Notes under the pieces: model-generated | What the model saw: only the letters and a program-made list of their open reading frames with translations | Databases searched by the model: none | What the model was told of the DNA's origin: nothing | Source: a virus | Taxonomy: Duplodnaviria > Caudoviricetes | DNA: 60,102 nt | Virus record (IMG/VR): IMGVR_UViG_3300009160_000047 | Span: 1 to 60,102 of that record | Reading direction: 5' to 3' (one strand) | Translations under genes and position numbers: made by a program | Shown here: positions 34,453-42,900 of the stretch, one piece after another | Layout: each line of letters opens with the position of its first letter | How positions within the stretch are numbered: the first letter of the stretch is position 1

Positions 34453-35080
34453 AGAAAATAAATGTAGGTGCTACATTCTTGGTGGACTGCTAGGCTCTGT
34501 GGACATGGTTCTGCCTAGGGGAGAGGCGTTCTCCCTTTGGCATACTTCCACATTCTCGGAGCCACTGGCTGAGTATCTTGTGGGCTGATCTTCTTCTAAG
34601 TCCAATCAGCATCGAGCACTTTGCACAACTTAGTTGTGTCTAGCATGGCCGCTCGAACCTTCGCTGTAAGCCGCAGGACTTGAACCCACGGGCAACAAAG
34701 GCAATTCCCCCATATGCGCTTGCAACTTCTTTGCGCAATTTCACAACAGATAAGAACGTCGTAGGATTGGTGGACTGCGGTCTACGCCTTGCGGCCTCCA
34801 ACGCTTCCCTCATGCCAATCCAAAACCCGATAGAGTTCTGTCGCTAGTTGTCGTAGGAGGAGAGACTGGGACTGCTCACATGTAGCAGTGTTTTTCAAAA
34901 CATTTCGTCCACTCAGGAGTTGCCGGCGCTAACCCGACAAACAATCCCAGTCTCAAAAACAAAAAAGCCGTTTACAACTGCGTCCGGTCGGAGCCTTGCT
35001 TAATATCTCTCCCCACAGAAAGCATTAAGTAAAGCGGAACGCATGTGTAAACGGCCTCAATCATTGCCTCCGACAGCAAC
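34453..35080 (-). ncRNA. Candidate structured non-coding RNA cluster / leader
   Basis: No ORF of 60 aa or more; several nested stems including two perfect 10-bp closing helices; promoter upstream and terminator-like U-tracts. Confidence 0.55.
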
Positions 35081-35086
35081 AACGTG

Positions 35087-35116
35087 TTTATATCACAGAA
35101 TAAATTTACCTGTCAA
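35087..35116 (-). promoter_or_regulatory. Sigma70-type promoter reading into the structured region
   Basis: TTGACA-18 bp-TATAAA with TGn extension; -35 overlapped by the inverted repeat CTGTCA-N6-TGACAG (35110-35127). Confidence 0.55.
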
Positions 35117-35130
35117 CTAGGTGACAGTAT

Positions 35131-35168
35131 TAGGGTTTACCCACCCAAATGGTAATATTACCATTGCT
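35131..35168 (-). repeat. Dispersed two-palindrome element, copy 2 (inverted)
   Basis: Reverse complement reads AGCAATGGTAATATTACCATTTGGGTGGGTAAACCCTA. Confidence 0.9.
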
Positions 35169-35169
35169 A

Positions 35170-35973
35170 TTAGTCCCCGCAAAAGCAGGCAATACCCTCC
35201 TCAGTGGAGGCAAACATATCCATTTGCTCCGTGGCAAATTTCATCATCTGCGAATAGCTAGGGCGATCACTACGGAATGTGCCGCCTATGGCATGCTCCT
35301 GCTTTGCCCACCACAGGGCTCGATCTGGGTTATCCCGAATGATGCTAAGCACTTGGTTGGGGCCCTTAAGAAAGCACAGGTCACAGTTGCCAAGGTTGGT
35401 AACACCAGACTGGAACTTAAGCCCCAGGTCAAATGAGTTGGCCTTCCAAAATTCTTGTACATCGAGCTGGCTAAAGTTTGCATCAATCAAGGGGGTGCGG
35501 TTACCCTGCCTAAGCTTGGCAGCTCTGCGCTTTTCATCCGCCCTGATCCCAAGCATCTGCTCAAACTCTTCTACGCCCCTAGACAACATGTATTTCTGGA
35601 TGGGAATAACCTTTAGATCAGACGTACAAAAGCGCGCAACAGGGTTGGGCAGGTAGCTACGCTTGTTAATCAGGGCTGAGAACGGCTCACCATCCCGACT
35701 GGCTGTCTCGTAGTCCACCTCTTTCCAGCGATCCTTGGTCAGTTCAGCCGGCTGATATTCAAGCCAATGGATCTTGACGTTCCAGGCCTTTGCGCAATCA
35801 TTAACGAACTTAAGTGTGGCCTCATCCTCCTTACCAGTGTTGGCAAAGCAAACAATAGCTTCCTCGGGCAAGCTCATGTCGTGAGCCTCCAAGACCTTAT
35901 AAAGCATGAAGGCGGAGGTACGGCCACCCGAAAAGGATATGACCGTGGGCTCATCTATGTGGAAGGGATTCAT
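35170..35973 (-). CDS. PAPS-reductase-family (PP-loop) protein
   Basis: SFSGGRTS PP-loop, FANTGKE, RFCT..LK, GIRADE and GNC..CFLK. Confidence 0.8.
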   Translation of the reverse strand: MNPFHIDEPTVISFSGGRTSAFMLYKVLEAHDMSLPEEAIVCFANTGKEDEATLKFVNDCAKAWNVKIHWLEYQPAELTKDRWKEVDYETASRDGEPFSALINKRSYLPNPVARFCTSDLKVIPIQKYMLSRGVEEFEQMLGIRADEKRRAAKLRQGNRTPLIDANFSQLDVQEFWKANSFDLGLKFQSGVTNLGNCDLCFLKGPNQVLSIIRDNPDRALWWAKQEHAIGGTFRSDRPSYSQMMKFATEQMDMFASTEEGIACFCGD

Positions 35974-35985
35974 TTTGCACCTTTG

Positions 35986-36011
35986 AAAAAAGCGGGAGCC
36001 TCAGCCCCCGC
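35986..36011 (-). terminator. Rho-independent terminator
   Basis: Minus strand GCGGGGGC-TGAG-GCTCCCGC-TTTTTT. Confidence 0.7.
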
Positions 36012-36072
36012 AAACTCAAACCCAACAAAGGAAAGCAAACACGGCAACTGCAATCACCGTGAAACTATCCTA

Positions 36073-36357
36073 TCAGAGTTTGTTTAAAAAAACAATTGCT
36101 TCATCAACCGAATTAACAATAACCAAGGGCCCACCAGTCCACTCCATGAAGAACTTCTCCTCCGCGTCAGTCAACTTCCTAGCCGATGGAACCTTATTTC
36201 CATCCTTGACTTCCATCAAAATAGTCCTCCCTTGATAACCCACAAGCAAGTCAGGCAGTCCTCCGCCTTGGGTTACCACACGGACAGTAGCGCCGGCCTT
36301 ACGGAGGGCGCTCACTATCTCATTTTGATTGTCATCTATTCGGGCTGCGTATCTCAT
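36073..36357 (-). CDS. VRR-NUC-like / Holliday-junction-resolvase-type nuclease
   Basis: MRYAARID.NQ.EIV.ALR, G.PDLLVG, EVKDG and KLT..E..F; start set to ATG 36357. Confidence 0.75.
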   Translation of the reverse strand: MRYAARIDDNQNEIVSALRKAGATVRVVTQGGGLPDLLVGYQGRTILMEVKDGNKVPSARKLTDAEEKFFMEWTGGPLVIVNSVDEAIVFLNKL

Positions 36358-36364
36358 GAAAAAT

Positions 36365-36409
36365 ATTATAACAGGTAGTTGTTGACACTTGCAATATGTG
36401 TGGTATATT
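36365..36409. promoter_or_regulatory. Overlapping divergent sigma70 promoters
   Basis: Plus: TTGACA(36382)-16-TATATT with TGn extension; minus: TTGCAA(36394)-18-TATAAT. Confidence 0.6.
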
Positions 36410-36436
36410 TCTTTTCCCAAAACAAAAGGAAAGCAA

Positions 36437-36682
36437 ATGATCCAAGATCGTAGACTGCAAATTGACATAGAAGGCGGGAAAGACTTAGCTTCAAAAATTG
36501 TTGAGCTCGTGCAAAACAGAGACGATGATTTTGGCACCGCTATATCAGGCATGGCCATAGCCTATGCAACTCTTTGTGTAGCCGAAGGTATAAAGCTGCA
36601 CGACTGCATGGAATTAGTTATGACCATTTACAAAAACACCAAAGTAATTGATCAGGATGGTAATGATGTTGACCTGTCCTGA
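36437..36682 (+). CDS. Hypothetical protein
   Basis: AAAGGA RBS, ATG 36437. Confidence 0.55.
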   Translation: MIQDRRLQIDIEGGKDLASKIVELVQNRDDDFGTAISGMAIAYATLCVAEGIKLHDCMELVMTIYKNTKVIDQDGNDVDLS

Positions 36683-36872
36683 TTGCGGCATACCAAACCC
36701 AGACGACTGGCACACCTGCGTACAGTATGAGAACAACCAGAAGGTAGAAAAACAAATCAAACTGTTGCAGATGCAAGTTGAAAATCTACATGAACGAATG
36801 TCAGGCGTGGAGCAAATGATTCAGGCCTACGGGAAAGAACTACTGTTTCGAGCACCTTGGAAAGAACAATGA
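36663..36872 (+). CDS. Small Zn-finger plus coiled-coil protein
   Basis: CPDC...H.C followed by a heptad pattern. Confidence 0.55.
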   Translation: MMLTCPDCGIPNPDDWHTCVQYENNQKVEKQIKLLQMQVENLHERMSGVEQMIQAYGKELLFRAPWKEQ

Positions 36873-37780
36873 AACTCACTAACAAATTTAATCTGCCTCA
36901 GACGTTTGTCAATGTAATCCAACGACCTACGTACTCAAAAGGTAAAGCACACATCTCTGCTACAGAGATCATTAACTCGCCACGTATTGTCCAGTTGAAA
37001 AAGAAACACTGGGAAGAGATCGAGCAAGACGCAAGCGAGATGGTGTGGTCACTGTTCGGCTCTGCTGTACACAACATCTTGGAACACGGCAAGGACGATC
37101 ATCACATTGTTGAAGAGCGTCTGCACCTGGAGTTTGATGGTTGGAAGATTTCCGGCGCCATCGATCTACAGGAAGTAGAACCAAACGGCACAATCTCAAT
37201 CAGCGATTACAAAGTTACCGGTGCGTGGGCTGTAATGAATGAGAAGGAAGATTGGCACCGCCAGCTCAACATCTATGCGTGGATGGTAGAGAAGGTCAAG
37301 AAGGTACCAGTCGGTAAGCTTCAGATCATTGCGATCATTCGTGACTGGTCTGCCCGTGATGCCAGCACCAAGGAAGGTTATCCACAATCACCAGTGGCCA
37401 CAATTGATATCCCACTCTGGTCATTCGAAGACCGTGAGGCTTATGTTTCCCTGCGCATCGATGACCATGGCGCGGCACTCTTTGAGATGGAAACAGACGG
37501 CGAGATAACTGACTGCACATCTGAAGAGATGTGGGAAAAGAAAACAACGTATGCATTGAAGAAAAATGCAAATGTTCGAGCAACCAGTGTTCATCCAACA
37601 CTGGTGGAAGCAGAAGATGCACTGGCGAAAGCTGTCGGTGCAGCAAAGAAGAACGAATCCTTTTCAATAGAGATTCGCCAAGGAGAAAGAACGCGATGCA
37701 AAGGCTATTGCCAAGTGTCGCAGTTCTGCAAACAGTATCAAACTTACTTAACCAAAGAGGAAGAAAATGTCAGTTCATAA
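36869..37780 (+). CDS. PD-(D/E)XK exonuclease (RecE/Cas4-like)
   Basis: G.AVH..LE, E.R, SG.ID, DYK, QLN.Y and C-terminal RC..YC....FC. Confidence 0.8.
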   Translation: MKLTNKFNLPQTFVNVIQRPTYSKGKAHISATEIINSPRIVQLKKKHWEEIEQDASEMVWSLFGSAVHNILEHGKDDHHIVEERLHLEFDGWKISGAIDLQEVEPNGTISISDYKVTGAWAVMNEKEDWHRQLNIYAWMVEKVKKVPVGKLQIIAIIRDWSARDASTKEGYPQSPVATIDIPLWSFEDREAYVSLRIDDHGAALFEMETDGEITDCTSEEMWEKKTTYALKKNANVRATSVHPTLVEAEDALAKAVGAAKKNESFSIEIRQGERTRCKGYCQVSQFCKQYQTYLTKEEENVSS

Positions 37781-38477
37781 AAAGCTAATGCAAGCTCGGA
37801 TTAAACTCCAAGCTACAGAGATGAAGAAGTCAGGCCTGAATAAGTTCGCCGGCTACTCATATTTTGAATTGGGAGACTTTGTTCCACCCATCCAAAAGAT
37901 CTTTAATGATCTTGGCCTATGCGGCGTGGTGTCGTTCAGCACCGAGTACGCACAGCTATGCATTACAGACGTAGAAGACGGCACAGTCATTGTGATCACC
38001 TCACCCATGGCAGAGGCCAATCTGAAGGGCGCACACCCCATCCAAAACCTAGGCGCTGTCGAGAGTTACCAACGCCGTTACCTTTGGATGACTGCCATGG
38101 AGATAGTCGAGCATGACGTTATCGACTCTGCTCCTGCGGCTGAACCAAAGCCCGCACCTAAGCCAGAGCCTAAGCCTGAGCCTAAGCCTGAGCCTAAGCC
38201 CGCACCCAAGCCGCCGGTTAAGATGCAAGGTGGCGAAGGTCCTTGGCAACTAAAGGTAACCACCGAACCAGGCGCAGAAGTAGGCGACTGGATTGGGATC
38301 GTAGTGGACGCTGCCCGCCATGGTCTTGCTCAGGCGGGATCGGAGAAGGACGTAATGGATCTATTCAAAATTAACCGAGGTATCTTTGACAAGCTCAAAG
38401 AGTTCTCAGTCGATGACCACGCCAATTTAATGGCAGATTTCAAAACCAAAAAAGACACACTGAAAGGAAACGTGTAA
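37767..38477 (+). CDS. erf: ERF-family single-strand annealing protein
   Basis: K...N.F..Y.Y.EL.D and Q..G...SY.RRY; Pro/Glu/Lys linker. Confidence 0.8.
   Translation: MSVHKKLMQARIKLQATEMKKSGLNKFAGYSYFELGDFVPPIQKIFNDLGLCGVVSFSTEYAQLCITDVEDGTVIVITSPMAEANLKGAHPIQNLGAVESYQRRYLWMTAMEIVEHDVIDSAPAAEPKPAPKPEPKPEPKPEPKPAPKPPVKMQGGEGPWQLKVTTEPGAEVGDWIGIVVDAARHGLAQAGSEKDVMDLFKINRGIFDKLKEFSVDDHANLMADFKTKKDTLKGNV
38142..38213 (+). repeat. 12-bp tandem repeat encoding a PKPE/PKPA linker
   Basis: Units such as CCTAAGCCTGAG, about six copies. Confidence 0.85.
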
Positions 38478-38764
38478 TGGCTACTTATCCAAACAAAGGC
38501 AAACTGTCTGTCAATTCATACAAGACAAAAGACAATCAGCCAGACCACAAGGGCGAGATCGTAATGCTACGTAGCACCCTGAAAGAGCTTATGGAAGAGC
38601 ATGATGGCGACGAGATTGTTATCAAGCTGTCAGGCTACAACGCAGATGGCCAGTACGGCGCATGGATCAAGCTGTCTTGGAATAACTTCAAGCCGGCAGA
38701 CCCTGCTTCGCCACGTAAGCCTGTGCAGGAAGCCCCATTAAAAGACGAGGACATTCCGTTCTAA
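38477..38764 (+). CDS. SSB-like protein
   Basis: N..K..NQPD..G and acidic C-terminal EDIPF tail; follows erf. Confidence 0.6.
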   Translation: MATYPNKGKLSVNSYKTKDNQPDHKGEIVMLRSTLKELMEEHDGDEIVIKLSGYNADGQYGAWIKLSWNNFKPADPASPRKPVQEAPLKDEDIPF

Positions 38765-38766
38765 TC

Positions 38767-39186
38767 ATGGAAACGATTCAATACGAAGCCGTTAAGGTTG
38801 CATTGAAGCAGGACAGGACAGGCTTTATGCTGACCATGTCCATCCACCCTGACGAGATCCCTGAGAAGTTAATCAGGGATTTCGTTGGTGCCCGCTATCA
38901 GGTTGTCATGGTACGCCTGAATGGTGACGAACAACCCATGAACCGTGGTGAGGAATATGGGATTGACCCAGTCAAGCTGGCCGCTATGCTCTGTAAAGAT
39001 AAGTACTTTCACCGCTTCTTAGTTGAGTCTGGTGAGGTCTTTGATCTAGGAGAAGAGCCGGCCACAGAGTGGTTGCGTGAAAAACTTCTTGTTCAATCTC
39101 GCTCTGAGATCCGCGAGAGCCCACAAAAAGCTCGACTACTTTTACAAATCAATGAGACTTATAAAGCATGGAAACAAAACGCCTAA
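38767..39186 (+). CDS. Conserved hypothetical protein
   Basis: HPD..P..L.RD.VG.RY, LC.D..F..FL and SR.E motifs. Confidence 0.6.
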   Translation: METIQYEAVKVALKQDRTGFMLTMSIHPDEIPEKLIRDFVGARYQVVMVRLNGDEQPMNRGEEYGIDPVKLAAMLCKDKYFHRFLVESGEVFDLGEEPATEWLREKLLVQSRSEIRESPQKARLLLQINETYKAWKQNA

Positions 39187-39485
39187 TCCCATATTCAGTC
39201 CATCTGCCCGAGCCTATCTACAAGAAGCTTAAAGCAGCCGCCGGCGAACGCAAGGCCTCCTCACTTGTCCGTGATGCCATCACGATGATTGTTGAGGGTG
39301 GCCCTCTGTACGCCAGCGGCTACAACAAAGCCGTTCAAGACGCTGTCAATATTGTCAAGGCAGACAAGGCTACATCTGGCATGATCATCGGTGGCAAGGA
39401 AGTGACAGCAGTCCTTGTCAATAAGATGCTCAAGCTACAAATGAAGGAGAAGTCTAGTGGCACGAAAAAATCCAGAGGGAATTGA
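39168..39485 (+). CDS. Ribbon-helix-helix DNA-binding protein
   Basis: YSVHLP..IY.KLK..A....S.LVRDAI. Confidence 0.6.
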   Translation: METKRLIPYSVHLPEPIYKKLKAAAGERKASSLVRDAITMIVEGGPLYASGYNKAVQDAVNIVKADKATSGMIIGGKEVTAVLVNKMLKLQMKEKSSGTKKSRGN

Positions 39486-39654
39486 AGCCCTGCGCCCCAA
39501 GATCAAACCGCCTTCTATAGATGAGCTAACTCTGTTGGACTTCTATGCCGCCTACACAATCACCCTAGCCGGTAAGGGTGACGATCAGCAAGTGGCCAAG
39601 GAAGCATTTGATCTGGCAGAAGCCATGTTAAAAGAGAGAGCTATACGCCTATGA
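39457..39654 (+). CDS. Small protein related to the TLRDYFAA family
   Basis: LTLLDFYAA...AFDLAEAML.ER. Confidence 0.55.
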   Translation: MARKNPEGIEALRPKIKPPSIDELTLLDFYAAYTITLAGKGDDQQVAKEAFDLAEAMLKERAIRL

Positions 39655-39923
39655 ACAACACACTGACGGCCAAACATAGGGATCATCTAGCCAATGTAAA
39701 GTCTTTGCCTTGCTCTGTCTGTGATCAACCAGGCCCTAGTGATGCCCACCATGTAAAGCAGGGCTTGCAGTACACCTGCGTAGCCCTGTGTAAAGACTGC
39801 CATCAGGGCAGCTTCATGGGATGGCACGGCCAGAAGCGGGCGTGGGCTATTAGAAAGATGGACGAGATCGATGCACTCAACGTCACCATTGAGCGCCTCT
39901 TAAATCTGAGCCGTTTCTCTTAG
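39651..39923 (+). CDS. HNH-like Zn-binding nuclease (DUF968/Ref-like)
   Basis: LPCSVC....AHH and LC..CH.G..G.HG. Confidence 0.65.
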   Translation: MNNTLTAKHRDHLANVKSLPCSVCDQPGPSDAHHVKQGLQYTCVALCKDCHQGSFMGWHGQKRAWAIRKMDEIDALNVTIERLLNLSRFS

Positions 39924-42900
39924 CTTCTTAAGATTAATTCCCTTAAGCATCTTCTCTTCAGAGTCTCGCAACTGTTTGATGCGGGACTCTTTTACATCTG
40001 AAGGCAGATTAGAGTTGGTGATCATACTAATCGATTTACGGATCGTACTCAGCTGAGTATTGATCGTATTGACCATCGGCGCCAATCCCAAGCGGGCACG
40101 AACCTTCTCATCCTTGATGTAATCTTTGATGTCTTCAGGGTTGCGCTGCTTCAGATCTGTCAGCGTATTAGCCGCACGATCAACCTCTTCCTTCAAAGCA
40201 AAGAAGTCTTTCTTCAAGCCAGACTCATACTCTTTGGTAATAAATCCACTGGCATTAGGAATCGTGGCCAACGCATCCTGCATCGAGATCGATGGACGTG
40301 GCGTATTGGGGCTGGTGATGTTCCACAGGAAAGGGTTGGTTGCATACAACACCAAGCCACCGGCAGAGCCAAACATTCCACGAATAAAATGATCGACTGC
40401 AATCGGAGAAACTAAGTTTGATCGACCCAAGACCTTGGCCAACTCGGATGTACTATCCTCAAACTGGCGTTCCAACTCTTTCTTTTTCTGGTATGTACCA
40501 ATCAAAGGTTTCTGCTGGAAGAAGTCATAGTTAATTCCAATTTCTACCAAAGGCTTGATAGCCTGTGGGACTGGCGTAGGACTCAGAACAGAAGAGGCTA
40601 ACAAAGACTTCAATGACGCACGGAACTTGGCACCATCAGAGTAGCCCTTGTCTGTCAGGATCATGTAGGTGTGCTCAGCCACAACCTTGGGCAAGGCATA
40701 CAGATCGGCGCGCAGAGGGATAGACATACCAGTGCCAGGAATCATCAACAGACGATCACGGGTAGGCGTAGGCTTCTTCAGATAGTCCTCATCATCGCCG
40801 TTCATCATTGCGTACAGAACTGACAAGGTAAAGACCGAAGCCGTAGTGTTAAACAAAACCTTATAAGCCGCATCACGCTGGGTAGGTGATGTACCTACCC
40901 CCGTTATGGTGCGGTACGCCACATTCTGAGCCGTAAGGTATGCGTTAAAGAACGGAATTACTTGGCCGGCAAGGTTCAACATCTTGCTACTACCACGGCG
41001 GCGCACGTTAAAGATCTCGAACGCTTTCTCAAGAGCCTCTGCTTGGGATAGGCCTTGATCTCTAGCGGCGGTATAGGTAGCCTGACGCACAGCATTATCA
41101 GAAGCCATGGCAAAGTGGCCAAGCTTATCTTTAACCTTACCCCACAAACCCTTTGCCGGCTTCAAGCCTGCGGCAATCTCAGTATCAAGGCGAACCATGG
41201 CCGAACTAAAGTCACGCACACCCACAACACCAAAGTTCTTCAGCTCTTCGTGAGCCGTACTCTTGCCGCGTAAGGTCTGGATGAATTCTTTAACGGCGCG
41301 GAAAGGAATGGTTAATGCAAACTGAGGCTTTAAGCCGGATGAGAACATCGCAGCAAACGAATCCTGCGGCACCTGAGACACGGCGAATAAAGGATTCAAG
41401 ACCACGGAGTTACGCAATATGTCGGATAGCTTGGCTGCCCAACGGATGGTAGGAATGGAGACAGACTCCAAGCCCTGGAAGGCCTGCATGAACATGGGGT
41501 CAGCCATGTCATAGTAGCTCTCTTGCCCATCTTTCCAGACACGAACAACGTTATCACCGTCCTTCATGCTCTCTACTTTCTTGGCCAGTCCAACAGACTC
41601 AGCCGTAGTAGCAAGGGACAAGGCAGAACGATTGCGCACGGAACGATTGACGGCGTATTGCGTCCAACGAACCATGTTGTCAAAGATGTCGTTAACAGGC
41701 TTGGCAGATCCTTTTAGGCGGCGCTCTTTAGCCTGCACCTGCAAGCTACGCATGAACTCTTTGGGACCCTTACCCTCTTCAAGCTGATCCTCACGATAGA
41801 ATGGTACATAGTCTGCGTTGCTCAGAAGGAACTCTGCTTCCTCCTCAGTCCACAATCCAGACTCAACCAGTTTATCAACAGCGTTGCCACGGATGCCGTT
41901 CCAGATCTTCACAGCATCATTCAGCTCAGGCATCAGCTCAAACTGAGTCATGCCTCCACGGATCTGAGCGTCATCCATATGGATGTACTTTTCCTTCTGC
42001 CGCATATTGGAGGCCTTCTCGCTAAGAGCGCTGGCCTTGACGGGATTACCCTTGGCACGCTCCTCGGCGGCGGCATCACGAAGCTCTTGAACCTGAGCCT
42101 CTAATTGATTGTTGAACTCAATTAAAGACTTTGTGCGCTTAGCCTCAAAAGCCGTATGGGCGGCAAGCTCGATCTGAGCTTTGTCCAATCCATACTTGGC
42201 ACCAATCTCATCCAGCTTCTGCGACAAGGTAATGATGTTGTTCTTATCCTCAACACCCTCCCACTTGTGCAACTCTTTGTTGTACTTGATGTCGCCCATC
42301 CGCAAGAACAGATTGGCAATAGCATCAGAGTGGAACGTCTGGCTCAAACTTGTGTTCAACAATAAGCCAATCTTTTCCTCTTGACCTATCGAACTGGCCA
42401 TGATTTCACGGCGAATCTGGTTGTTCAGCGCGGCATCGCTAGAGAAAGCCCATGTCTGAATCTGATCAGAGAAGCGGCGGAATCCATCACGGGCAGCTTC
42501 AGCCGTAGCCTTTGGATTGTCCTTAGCGTTATCCCATGACTGCTTAATCTTCTCTGCATAACCTGGCTCTGGTGGCTTAACGTCACGACCCATACCGGAG
42601 AGAATCTCCATGGCCTGCTGACCCACAGAAGTTGGGGTACCAGCCCCCTTGAATAAAGACTGTTGGAATGGCGCTTGAGGTTTAGATGGTTTGGCCGGAG
42701 CTTTAGGCTTAGGTGCTCCTAGTTGAACACCTTGCGCCTTCATGGCCGTATCAATATCTTTAACATCAATGTCAAGAATTTCATTGGTAGTCTTCATCAG
42801 ACGATCAAGCGCAGACTCAAACTCTGGACTGATACCAAGCATTCTGCGAACAACTTCTACAATCTTGTCGAATGCAGTCTTATCGCCAACCTTAATCGTA

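Noticed and set aside
34640-34760. Possible tRNA gene on the minus strand (GTGGGTTCAAGTCCTGC T-arm-like)
   Set aside because: I could not build an acceptor stem, D-arm or anticodon arm at the right spacing; kept only as part of the structured region.
35110-35127. Host LexA (SOS) box
   Set aside because: The CTGT...ACAG spacing is 10 here (14 at 18130 and 21543), not the 8 of the beta/gammaproteobacterial SOS box.
36869-37780. Cas4 gene / CRISPR system
   Set aside because: No repeat-spacer array or other cas genes; its position beside erf and the SSB-like gene indicates a recombination exonuclease.
38142-38213. Iteron/origin or mini-CRISPR in the 12-bp tandem repeat
   Set aside because: It is in frame within erf, encodes a Pro-rich linker, varies mainly at codon level and has no spacers.
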